A stretch of 64,000 nucleotides of DNA from an uncultured bacterium (GTDB lineage Bacteria > CAYUVA01): assembly GCA_964448115.1 (NCBI GenBank), contig CAYUVA010000014.1, positions 1 through 64,000 on the forward strand. The letters are read 5' to 3'. A program made the position numbers and the translations under genes. The notes beneath the pieces are model-generated. The model did not search any database, was not told where the DNA came from, and saw only the letters and a list, made by a program, of their open reading frames with translations. Below, piece by piece: positions 32,101 to 40,654 of this stretch; within the stretch, counting starts at the first letter, position 1, and each line of letters opens with the position of its first letter.

Positions 32101-32159
32101 ACCATCATGCATACTAAGCCAATGGCAGCAGGAATAGAGTATCGTCTGGAGCAAAGCAT
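29157..32159 (-). CDS. Secreted modular protein: beta-propeller, two AGY...(F/W)PYL modules, Pro/Thr linkers, two Cys-rich PPC-like domains
   Basis: Propeller blades IALDSAGNPHVVW and IAIDNSDNIHIAF; modules at about 30607-30929 and 30081-30392; duplicated LDCS..C..Y.G...GRE/GPE.VH.L...YFIVVDG domains. Confidence 0.8.
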   Translation of the reverse strand: MLCSRRYSIPAAIGLVCMMVTAGYGDINLGPIVNMQIGSRYPHAAFDDNGDLHVVTLSVTNVIYYRKYLLSQWNGVDPPAWDTSLPDVVPAPTQADWQFGRARIALDSAGNPHVVWCSLGRPKTGPIYYNRMTNKQWMPQAEYVSHGETNWSSWPDIAIDNSDNIHIAFVETYAPNDPMDGYDLICYVQRVGGQWLPPPNDPAFVISNRAVYGEKAGIGVNSKGEVYVAWYSPVGNMDAAEVFWRKKSGGVWGAIEQVTSWGNWAGALRVEVDDQDRVHIGYPIYSALYEVFFYLSHYGYGLFDGSQWMHKAVENIDIEQQIIQVFDVFPDMKLNDTGSCSVTNASDKLICYVTQGTNLPDEAFIVPVVEKCLEFPAVAGYKDTFYIIWEDSIGGIFMRTLKGQPQASGPPTILAGGYMDTIVTHYSGGELKFLLVVSDVRGADNIATVEMYFDGKPTGALFRDDGQSGDFAASDGVFGFTANFSPSDKPPQGLYLLEAVATNKQGYVSNLFPYLKIKSFDSEPYPDKSGNAATPENLFASQFRLPIDSWQQHYLATVSGMDNVECYSQIPPLNPPRERKGVPCKGGSRPFVNLAGYMDTHITTASGGKFNLIAWVTDPDEDVQNVEIFYDSAPTGVFLKDDGSQGDATANDSLYTLATSINPGAAPGSYLLEILARDQAGNESYLWPYLTITAGGTATPTPTPTATPSPTNPPGDLDCSDAVIIQCNSPYTGDSSLGSSDIDSYSCEEFDQFFGREVVHELWISDGDLGIELSGYHPKSLNFFLLSSCSENHCYAQGEVASAYKRTLTVEDAVAGRYFIVVDGYRDSDYGAYTLKTSCQPFRTPTATPTGGADTPTPTPAITVTITMTPMPGELDCSNPVNLSCGGVYSGNTANGNANVEQYGGHCTDSALMSGPEMVHALEIEQGSVEEITVTLTAGGADVDVFIIYGNEMLGCSEEYCWAWGDYEVTLPIIIGGTYYIVVDGEQETPASYTLQVTCR

Positions 32160-32267
32160 CTTATCACCTCAAGGATCATTACAGGTCATTCAATATTCGC
32201 GCTGCGAACTTATTTGCCTATAATAAATATATCCAAAGTTGGCTTATAAGACAAATCAGGACTAAAT

Positions 32268-34130
32268 TTATATCTTGACCTCTGCGACCTTGAACTGCAT
32301 GTCGTGTAGCTTCTTGTAGAGCCTTCCTTGGCGCATAAGCTCCTCGTGGGTGCCCTGTTCGGCTATCTTACCGCCATCAATCACGATGATACGATCCGCA
32401 TTCGATATGGTGGAAAGTCGATGGGCGATGACGATTGTAGTGCGATTCTTGACCAGGTTGATGATCGCCTGTTGCACTATAAGCTCGGACTCTGTATCCA
32501 GCGATGATGTCGCCTCGTCGAGGATCAGTATCGGCGGGTCTTTGAATATAGCCCTGGCGATGGATATGCGCTGGCGCTGTCCGCCGGAGAGCTTCAGCCC
32601 CCCTTCGCCTATGATGGTATCGTATCCCCTGGGAAACTCGGTGATAAAATCGTGGGCATAAGCCTTCCTCGCAGCATCGATGACCTTTTCTTCAGATACA
32701 TCTCGCTTGCCATAAGCGATGTTATTGCGGATTGTATCGTTGAACAGGATCGTATGCTGGCTGACGATGCCTATTTGTTCCCTAAGAGATCTTGTTGTAG
32801 CCCTGCGTATATCTATGCCATCGATGAGTATAGCGCCCTTTGTAACATCGTAGAACCTGGGGATCAGGTTTGCCAGGGTTGTCTTCCCCACGCCGCTTAA
32901 GCCGACAATAGCAAGGGTTTCTCCCTTTTCTATTTCCAAATTAAAGCCAGCCAGGATCCACTCCGTATCCTTCTCGTACTTGAAGTAAACATCTCTAAAC
33001 TCGATTGATCGCTTTATCGGTTCGATATCCACTGCATCGGGCGCATCGACTATGGTCGGCTCTGTGTCCATTACCTCGAAGATACGGGCGGCGGCGGCGA
33101 GTGCTCGCTGGATGGCGTAGTTGACCATTCCGACCTTCTTGAAGGGGCTGTACATCATAAAAAGCGCTCCAATGAACGCCCAGAAGGTTCCGGTGGTTAT
33201 TGCGCCGGCTATCACCCACTTGCCGCCTAGCCAGAGTATTATCGCAGCCAGTATTGCTCCTATAAATTCCATCAGCGGTGTAGAGAGTGCCTCAGCGCGT
33301 ACCGTGCGTACTATGTATTTATAGTACTTGTTATTAGCTCTCCTGAACTTCTCCGCCTCGAAATGCTCCATGTTGAAAGCCTTTACTATGCTGATACCGC
33401 CGAAGGTTTCCTGGCAGACGGTATTTATCTCTCCCAGCTTCTCCTGGCTGGTCTTGCTGGTCTTGCGCATGCGCCGGGCAAGGCGGATTATCGGATAGGC
33501 AGACAACGGAAGCACTAAAATGGCGATAAAGGCGAGCTTCCAGTGCAGTAATATCAGCACAATTATCAAGCCAACGATAGTAAATGATTCCTTGATGATA
33601 TCGCTGATCACCGTGCTAATGCCCTGTTCCATGATCATCACATCGTTGGAGACGCGGCTTATGAGGTCGCCCTGGCGATGATCCTTGAAGTACTGTATAG
33701 GAAGGCGCTCTATATGGGTGAAAAGCTGATATCGTAAGTCCCTTATGCCACGCTGGGCAACATCCTTCATGATCACCTTCTGGAAGTAGTTGGTCAACCC
33801 CTTTAACAAGAACATGATGATCAGAATAAAGGGAATGATCGCTAGCAGCTTCGTATCACCCTTGATAAAGACATTATCTATCGCGGGTTTGGCAAGATAT
33901 ACCGGCGAGGAGGTAAAAAGCCCGTAAAGCACCATGCAAACCATCGCGATAATGAACTGGCGCTTATAGGGGTAAATATAGCGAATAAGCCTTTTATAAA
34001 GCCCAAGGTCGATGCCTTCCTTGAGGATATTGTCCAGAAAAAGCAGCTTGGCTAAGGAAATAAGGCGGCGAGCAGACACCTCAGCAAGCCGACAAACCTT
34101 ATCTTTTAGATTCTTTTGTTCAGAACTCAA
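32268..34130 (-). CDS. msbA: MsbA-like lipid A export ABC transporter (permease plus ATPase)
   Basis: 6-TM domain; GLSGVGKTT, LSGGQRQR, ILILDEATSSLD, IAHRLST; start codon uncertain. Confidence 0.75.
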   Translation of the reverse strand: MSSEQKNLKDKVCRLAEVSARRLISLAKLLFLDNILKEGIDLGLYKRLIRYIYPYKRQFIIAMVCMVLYGLFTSSPVYLAKPAIDNVFIKGDTKLLAIIPFILIIMFLLKGLTNYFQKVIMKDVAQRGIRDLRYQLFTHIERLPIQYFKDHRQGDLISRVSNDVMIMEQGISTVISDIIKESFTIVGLIIVLILLHWKLAFIAILVLPLSAYPIIRLARRMRKTSKTSQEKLGEINTVCQETFGGISIVKAFNMEHFEAEKFRRANNKYYKYIVRTVRAEALSTPLMEFIGAILAAIILWLGGKWVIAGAITTGTFWAFIGALFMMYSPFKKVGMVNYAIQRALAAAARIFEVMDTEPTIVDAPDAVDIEPIKRSIEFRDVYFKYEKDTEWILAGFNLEIEKGETLAIVGLSGVGKTTLANLIPRFYDVTKGAILIDGIDIRRATTRSLREQIGIVSQHTILFNDTIRNNIAYGKRDVSEEKVIDAARKAYAHDFITEFPRGYDTIIGEGGLKLSGGQRQRISIARAIFKDPPILILDEATSSLDTESELIVQQAIINLVKNRTTIVIAHRLSTISNADRIIVIDGGKIAEQGTHEELMRQGRLYKKLHDMQFKVAEVKI

Positions 34131-34133
34131 ACC

Positions 34134-34643
34134 TCAAAGCTCCTGATCAGCCTGGATTACCTTCTGCGACATAAGTCGGCGGTACTCTGCCAGCTTGAGT
34201 TGAAGTTCAGTATCCGTTATTGCGAGGATTTCCACAGCATAAAGTGCTGCATTGGTAGCTCCAGAAGAACCGATCCCCATACAGGCGACCGGCACCCCAG
34301 GTGGCATCATCACCGTTGACAGAAGCGAATCTATGCCATTGAGCGGCGATGAATTGAGCGGAACGCCGATGACCGGCAGGGTGGTATGCGAGGCGATAAC
34401 ACCACCAAGATGCGCTGCAAAGCCTGCAACCGCTATGAGCACCTTGTAACCAGCATCCCTGGCTCCCTTGGCAAAGCTCACCGCAACATCCGGAGTGCGA
34501 TGCGCTGAAATGATGCGCAGATCGTAGCCTACACCGAGACTATCCAGAGTATTTTTTAGCCCATCCATCGCTGGCAGGTCGCTCTTACTTCCCAGTATAA
34601 CGGCAATCTGCTTGTTATCTTTATCCATAGTCATATCATTCAT
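34134..34643 (-). CDS. purE: N5-carboxyaminoimidazole ribonucleotide mutase
   Basis: [44 protein letters not shown]. Confidence 0.97.
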   Translation of the reverse strand: MNDMTMDKDNKQIAVILGSKSDLPAMDGLKNTLDSLGVGYDLRIISAHRTPDVAVSFAKGARDAGYKVLIAVAGFAAHLGGVIASHTTLPVIGVPLNSSPLNGIDSLLSTVMMPPGVPVACMGIGSSGATNAALYAVEILAITDTELQLKLAEYRRLMSQKVIQADQEL

Positions 34644-34801
34644 GCCTTAAATGATATGGAGTTTGCCATACCCTGTCAAATGTAGGCTTTAGGCTTCTTG
34701 AACCATCTAGACACAAAGGTACTAAAAATAAGGATACTATCTCCTTAACTGTAATGAAATATTGACTTTTCCTGTTTTTACGAAACAATAGTATAGCTAA
34801 A

Positions 34802-37354
34802 ATGCAAGGAACAGTCAGAGAAATCCTGAACATTATTCAACCAGCCCGTTATGACCGCAAGCTTCTGGATGCCAGGTTCGATGGGGTCAGCATTGATACC
34901 CGAACGCTCAAGCCTGGTGAGCTATACATCGCTTTATCTGGCGAGAATTTCGATGGGGACTCATTCGCCCCTCTTGCACTTGAGCTTGGTGCTGCTTGTG
35001 TTGTCGTCTCCAAGCGTAAACAGGGTCTTGATGACAAGTACATCATGGTCAAGGACACGGCAAAGGCGCTGCGTAACCTTGCTACCTATCATCGCAGCAA
35101 TTTTGATATGCCTTTGATAGCAATTAGCGGCAGCATCGGCAAGAGTACGGTCTCCAAGATGTGCCACCTTATCCTTCAAGGGAAGTATGATCTTCATATA
35201 ACCAAAGATAACCGCTGCAACCTTATCGGCGTCCCCTTGACCCTGTTGGAACTGGATAAAAAACACCAACTCTCGATAGTCGAGGTGGCAGTAAGCCAGC
35301 CGGGAGATATGCCCCAGATGAAGCAGATGGTGCAGCCTACCATGGGAGTTCTTACCAATATTACAGCCATGCATCTGGGCAATTTCGGAAATATCAAAAA
35401 ATCTATCAATGAGCGGCGGCTGCTATTTGATGATTTCAGGGAAGACCAAGAGATTATCCTCCCATTTAAAGGTGATTATATCAGGCAATTCTGCAAGGGC
35501 TTACGATGCAAAACCATTACCTTTGGAAGTGAAGATGGTGCTGATTACCAGGCTAGGGATATCGTGATAACCGATGGATTGTGGTTGCAGTTTACTGTCG
35601 AGGCACCTGGTGGTGAATCAGCGCGTTTTCGACTTCCGATACCAGCTCGGTACATGACCAACAATGCCCTAGCGGCGGTTGCCTTGTGTCATCGGCTCGG
35701 TGTCAACCTCTCAGAGGCAGCCCAGGCACTACAGCGCTTCGAGACCCTGCCGATGCGTATAGAGATTCATACCTCTGATTTCGAGTTCCGTAATCTGACC
35801 ATAATCAACGACACCTACAACGCTAACCTGGTTTCCATGAAGGCAGCCCTGGACACGCTGGTCGAGCTTGCAGAAAGCAGAAGGAAAATAGCTGTGCTTG
35901 GGGATATGCTGGAGCTTGGGGATATGGCGGTAAGCCAGCATCGTGAGCTTGGCGACTATATAAACAAACTGAGGATCGACAAGCTATTTTTAGTTGGCGA
36001 GCAGATATCCCTTACCGGATCCCGAATAGCCGCCATCGCTCCCCATAAGGAAAAGGACATCTATTATGCTAAAGACCAGAGAGAGGCTGCCGAGCTGCTC
36101 TTTGAGGAACTGAAAGACAACGATGTTGTTCTATTCAAGGGTTCGAGACGAATGCGCCTGGAACGAGTTGCTCAGCAGTACATGAGCGGCATTCGCCAAA
36201 CCAGGCTGATCATAGACCTTGATGCCATCAGATCTAACATCAGGAATATAAGGAAGGCGGTCGGCGATAAGGTTAAAATAATGACCATAGTCAAGGGCTT
36301 CGGTTATGGACACGATGAGAGCAAGATCGCTCGCACACTGCTGGATGCCTCGGTCGATTACCTGGCAGTAGCCATTCCAGATGAGGGGATCAAGCTGCGC
36401 CGTTCGGAGATCAAGGCACCCATCCTCGTGCTCGGTCCTACCAGCCCGGAAGAGGCACACAAGCTGATCGACTTCGACCTGGCACAGATGGTCTGTACCC
36501 TCCAGCTCGCCCAGGCGCTGCACCTGGAGGCAAAAAGGGAAAACAAGAAAGCAAAGGTTCACATCAAGGTCGATACCGGCATGGGGAGGATCGGCTTGAG
36601 CCCCAAGGAGGTTCTCCCTTTCTTGCAAAGCCTCGAAAGGCTGGATTGCCTGGAGCTGGAAGGGATAATGACCCATTTTTCGGTTGCCGATGATCCAACT
36701 GGGCGAGATTATACAAATAAACAGCTTGCTGACTTCATCGACCTGCTCGATGAATTAAAACGGCACGGTTACAGCTTCGAGCTTCGTCATGCAGCCAACA
36801 GCGCCGCTGCCATCGCCTATCCAGAAAGCAGGCTCAATATGGTGCGCATTGGCATAGCGCTATACGGCTACTATCCGAACAAAGCCTTGGCTTCGATGAT
36901 CAAGCTTACGCCAGCGATGACGCTGCTAACCCGCATAGCCTATCTGAAGACTGTGCCACCTGGGACATCGATAAGCTATGGAAGAACCTTCAAGACCGAG
37001 CGAGAGACCAAAATTGCTACCATACCAATCGGTTATAACGATGGATATCCACGGGCGCTCTCCAACAAGGGCGAGGTGCTGGTCAGGGGCAAAAGAGCGC
37101 CGGTTATAGGAAACGTTTGTATGGATATGACAATAATTGATGTTACTGATATTCCTGGGGTATCCCTTGATGACGAGGTGGTTCTATTCGGTTACGCTGG
37201 AGATACCCATCTACCGGTAGAGGAACTGTCTGACAAGGCAGGGACGATCAATTACGAAATTATAAGCAGAATCAGCCATCGAGTGCCCAGAGTTTATATT
37301 GACGGCTACTGGAAAAAACAGGATGAGGCACAGAAAAAAGCACAACATATATAG
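34802..37354 (+). CDS. murF-alr: Bifunctional MurF / alanine racemase fusion
   Basis: MurF: SIDTR, GENFDG, GSIGKST, INDTYNAN, VLGDMLELG, LFKGSR. Alr: IVKGFGYGH, HIKVDTGMGRIG, HAANS, ISYG, GNVCMD. Confidence 0.93.
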   Translation: MQGTVREILNIIQPARYDRKLLDARFDGVSIDTRTLKPGELYIALSGENFDGDSFAPLALELGAACVVVSKRKQGLDDKYIMVKDTAKALRNLATYHRSNFDMPLIAISGSIGKSTVSKMCHLILQGKYDLHITKDNRCNLIGVPLTLLELDKKHQLSIVEVAVSQPGDMPQMKQMVQPTMGVLTNITAMHLGNFGNIKKSINERRLLFDDFREDQEIILPFKGDYIRQFCKGLRCKTITFGSEDGADYQARDIVITDGLWLQFTVEAPGGESARFRLPIPARYMTNNALAAVALCHRLGVNLSEAAQALQRFETLPMRIEIHTSDFEFRNLTIINDTYNANLVSMKAALDTLVELAESRRKIAVLGDMLELGDMAVSQHRELGDYINKLRIDKLFLVGEQISLTGSRIAAIAPHKEKDIYYAKDQREAAELLFEELKDNDVVLFKGSRRMRLERVAQQYMSGIRQTRLIIDLDAIRSNIRNIRKAVGDKVKIMTIVKGFGYGHDESKIARTLLDASVDYLAVAIPDEGIKLRRSEIKAPILVLGPTSPEEAHKLIDFDLAQMVCTLQLAQALHLEAKRENKKAKVHIKVDTGMGRIGLSPKEVLPFLQSLERLDCLELEGIMTHFSVADDPTGRDYTNKQLADFIDLLDELKRHGYSFELRHAANSAAAIAYPESRLNMVRIGIALYGYYPNKALASMIKLTPAMTLLTRIAYLKTVPPGTSISYGRTFKTERETKIATIPIGYNDGYPRALSNKGEVLVRGKRAPVIGNVCMDMTIIDVTDIPGVSLDDEVVLFGYAGDTHLPVEELSDKAGTINYEIISRISHRVPRVYIDGYWKKQDEAQKKAQHI

Positions 37355-37446
37355 GACTTGAAATCTGTTCTTTTTTAGTCTATAGTTCAACCAATCATTA
37401 CGGTAGTAGTGGCATAAACGAAAAAATTGTTAGCAAGGGAGGCAAC

Positions 37447-40101
37447 ATGAGGCTCAAGGTACTTTTGATTCCTGCGTTGCTCGTGCTTCTATGCACGGCG
37501 GGCGTCGTTTACAGCGCCACCACCTCGGTCATAGCCGGCAAGGTGGTTGACGACACCGGCGCTTATCTGGTAGGCGTAAAGGTTACCCTAAGCGGTCCCA
37601 ATATGCCCGGCGAGAGGAGTTTGTTCACCGACGACAAGGGAGAATTTCGGTTCGTTGAGGTGCCACCGGGTAGCGACTACCAGATCGTGGCTGAGACCCC
37701 GGGGATGAAAACCACAGTGCTGAAGGGGATCATTGCTCGATTGAATGATACCACCTTCACTACCGTGGAGATGGAGATCGGCGTTGTAACCATGAAACTG
37801 GAGGTCATCGATGATGCTCCGGTCATGGATACGACCTCCGCCACCACAAAAACCACTGTCCCCAGGGAGTTCCAGGAGCGTCTTCCCGGCAATGACAGCT
37901 TCCAGGACGCATTCTCCATGGGGGGTGGAACTGTCGGCGCTGGTAACCCAAAGGTACACGGCGCTCAGGAGACCGACAACACCTATCTGTTCGATGGCAT
38001 CGATACCACGGACCCGGTAACCAGCACCTTTGGATCCAACCTGAATGCAGATGCGGTGGCTGAAGTCGAGACTCAGACATCCGGCTTCGAGGCTGAGTAT
38101 GGCAGGGCAATGGGCGGTATCGTAAACGCTATCACCAAGTCCGGGGGTAACGAGTTCGAGGGGAGCTTCCGCCTGAAGAAGGTCTATTATGGCTGGAACA
38201 GCACCAGCAAACATGTCGGCGGATACCAGAAGGATGACTGGTGGGAGCCAACCATTACCTTTGGCGGTCCCATACTCAAGGATCGTATCTGGTTCTTCCT
38301 CACCTACAAGCGCATTGATCGCGATCTGGAGACAGAAGCCAGGGTTAGCAAAGTGGGTCCCGAGGAATGGGAGTACGCAAAGGTAGATGCCTCGCAGCTA
38401 TGGCAGGACATCTTCGGCAAGCTCACATTCCAGATCAATCCCTCCAATAAGCTAGTAGTCGAGTATATCAGCGACCCGGCAGTGATCCACGGCGAGACAG
38501 ACGGAACCGGCACCTATAGCCCGGAAGCCATGGAAAAACAAGAACAAGGCGGCGATAACTTCGGAGTAGAATATACCCACCTGATTAGCAAGGATATGTT
38601 CTTCAATGTAAAGCTCGGATTTGTTATGTCCTACCTGAACATCGTCCCAGATGACGGTGATACCGAGACGCCGGCAAAGTATAACGAGGATGACGAGATC
38701 CTATACGATAACAGCAGGTACTCGAGGATACAGGACAGAGAAAGATACTCCGCTAGTGCAAACTATAGCTTCTATATCCCCACCGAGCGAGGCGGGCATA
38801 CCTTCAAGACCGGCATTGAGTACCAGCACTGGCTGATCAAGGACGATACCTACTATCACGGGGGAGAGTACTATCGCTATGGCAGGAATCCTGTTACCGG
38901 CCAAGAGTATCCCATCGAGAAGATCGAGGAGATCGGAGCGGAACCGGTCGAGGATACCGCGAATTACTACGCATTCTACTTTCAGGACAAGTGGGAACTA
39001 AGGGAAGGCTTGACTCTGAATCCTGGCATCAGGTACGAGTACATCATGTTCAAGAACGATGTCGGAGATGAAACCGGAACCTTTGACATGATGATAGCGC
39101 CCCGCTTAGGGGCTGCCTGGGATCCGACGGCTAGTGGAAGATCCAAGGTCTTCGGGCATGTGGGTCGATACTACAACCCATTGGACTTGCAGCTCCCGCT
39201 CTTTATGAACCAGAAGGATCCCGAATATCGACACTATAGCTGGAGCGATCAGTTTGGCTGGGTTTACGATTATTCCACCGGCGGCGAGGAGAATCCCAAC
39301 TCGGTTGATCCTGACCTGAAGCCGGAATATACCGATGAGTTCGTTCTCGGCTATGAGTATGAGATCTCCAGGAATGTCTCGCTCGGAGTGCAGGGAACAC
39401 TCAGAACCACCAGGGACATCATCGAGGATGTTGGCATCTACTATGATGCTGACGGCAATGTCATCGAGGATCCCTATAGCGGGGATTTGGCTTCCATTGC
39501 ATACTATGTAACCAATCCCGATGGTGCTCGCAGGGACTACAAGGGCTTGGAGTTCAACCTGAAGGCATTCACCGAGAAGGTCGATATCTTAGCATCCTAC
39601 ACCCTGTCCAAGGTAGAAGGTAGCGTTATCGGCACCTTTGCTGGAGTTACTGGAGCGGTCTCTCACTTCACCGGCGACTACGATCTGCCCGGTACAAGCC
39701 AGAACCTTTACGGTCCGCTGCCCTGGGATTCGACACATTACCTGAAGGTGCTTATGACCGTTCACCTTCCGGCAGGCTTCCATGTGGGAACGCATTGGTT
39801 TACCCGCAGCGGTTACACTTACAGCAAGTACGGGTATGACGAGCTTTATGGTACTGGTTATTCCCTCTCCGGCAAGCGTGGCAGGTATAGACTACCCACG
39901 GTCAGCTTCATAGACCTGAGCCTACAGAAGGACTTCGACTTCAAGCGCTACGGTAAGCTTACCTTCATCATCGACATTAGCAATGTTCTGGATTCTCAGC
40001 CGGTACTTGCGGTGGCTCAAAACGATAACTGGGCATTTGGTAAGCCGATAGCCTGGGCATCGCCACGCAAGGTAACCGCTTCCATCTACTACAGGTTCTA
40101 G
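37447..40101 (+). CDS. TonB-dependent receptor (Oar-like) with N-terminal carboxypeptidase-regulatory-like domain
   Basis: Signal peptide; GKVVDDTG; AEYGRAMGGIVNAITKSGGNEF; APRLGAAWD; LKPEYTDEF; C-terminal YYRF. Confidence 0.9.
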   Translation: MRLKVLLIPALLVLLCTAGVVYSATTSVIAGKVVDDTGAYLVGVKVTLSGPNMPGERSLFTDDKGEFRFVEVPPGSDYQIVAETPGMKTTVLKGIIARLNDTTFTTVEMEIGVVTMKLEVIDDAPVMDTTSATTKTTVPREFQERLPGNDSFQDAFSMGGGTVGAGNPKVHGAQETDNTYLFDGIDTTDPVTSTFGSNLNADAVAEVETQTSGFEAEYGRAMGGIVNAITKSGGNEFEGSFRLKKVYYGWNSTSKHVGGYQKDDWWEPTITFGGPILKDRIWFFLTYKRIDRDLETEARVSKVGPEEWEYAKVDASQLWQDIFGKLTFQINPSNKLVVEYISDPAVIHGETDGTGTYSPEAMEKQEQGGDNFGVEYTHLISKDMFFNVKLGFVMSYLNIVPDDGDTETPAKYNEDDEILYDNSRYSRIQDRERYSASANYSFYIPTERGGHTFKTGIEYQHWLIKDDTYYHGGEYYRYGRNPVTGQEYPIEKIEEIGAEPVEDTANYYAFYFQDKWELREGLTLNPGIRYEYIMFKNDVGDETGTFDMMIAPRLGAAWDPTASGRSKVFGHVGRYYNPLDLQLPLFMNQKDPEYRHYSWSDQFGWVYDYSTGGEENPNSVDPDLKPEYTDEFVLGYEYEISRNVSLGVQGTLRTTRDIIEDVGIYYDADGNVIEDPYSGDLASIAYYVTNPDGARRDYKGLEFNLKAFTEKVDILASYTLSKVEGSVIGTFAGVTGAVSHFTGDYDLPGTSQNLYGPLPWDSTHYLKVLMTVHLPAGFHVGTHWFTRSGYTYSKYGYDELYGTGYSLSGKRGRYRLPTVSFIDLSLQKDFDFKRYGKLTFIIDISNVLDSQPVLAVAQNDNWAFGKPIAWASPRKVTASIYYRF

Positions 40102-40130
40102 GCTAGCTAGGTTAAACTACAATGACATCT

Positions 40131-40165
40131 AGGGCTGGTGGGATCGCTCACTAGCCCTTTTATTA
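40131..40165 (+). terminator. Intrinsic terminator after the TonB receptor gene
   Basis: agggctggtg...cactagccct stem followed by ttttattatt. Confidence 0.75.
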
Positions 40166-40254
40166 TTGCTCCTCCTTAGACAATGGAAAGAAAAGGAAGA
40201 TAACGCATTGAAAATAAAGCTATCTTAACGATATTTTAATCTGTAAGGTACGCA

Positions 40255-40550
40255 GCCCTCACCCCGCCCCTCTCTCATGGCTTCTTTACTTCTTTGCTTC
40301 TTTGCGTGATCAAATATTTCTTTTCTGCGCCTTTGCATGAGCGTCTTTGCGTGATTCTCTTTTTTTCCTTCCCGCATCAAGTGCGGGGTAAACTCCGGCG
40401 GGAATCCAGTAATCACGGGAAGTGATAAAGTGATAGAGGAGAGGAGAGACCCTCTCCCCGCCCTCTCCTCCCTGTTCATTCTATCGGGACTTACAGCGTA
40501 GAGGGAGTCCTGATTTTATCGGGACCATCCCCCGACTTGTTCCGGATATT
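40255..40550. repeat. Composite cluster of intergenic repeat/palindrome types
   Basis: ccctcaccccgcccctctc; (ctttgcgtga) copies; cccgcatcaagtgcggg...gcgggaatccag; gtgataaagtgatagagg; gtcctgattttatcgggac. Confidence 0.55.
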
Positions 40551-40654
40551 GCCACTTCGGGGCTTAGGAAAAGAAAGCCTCAATATAGCGGTTGATCGAG
40601 TGCTTTATAAAAATAGCGTTTTGAGATATACTTTAGATTTGGACTAAGGATATT

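Noticed and set aside
40225-40479. 84-aa minus-strand ORF
   Set aside because: Translation of the intergenic repeat cluster
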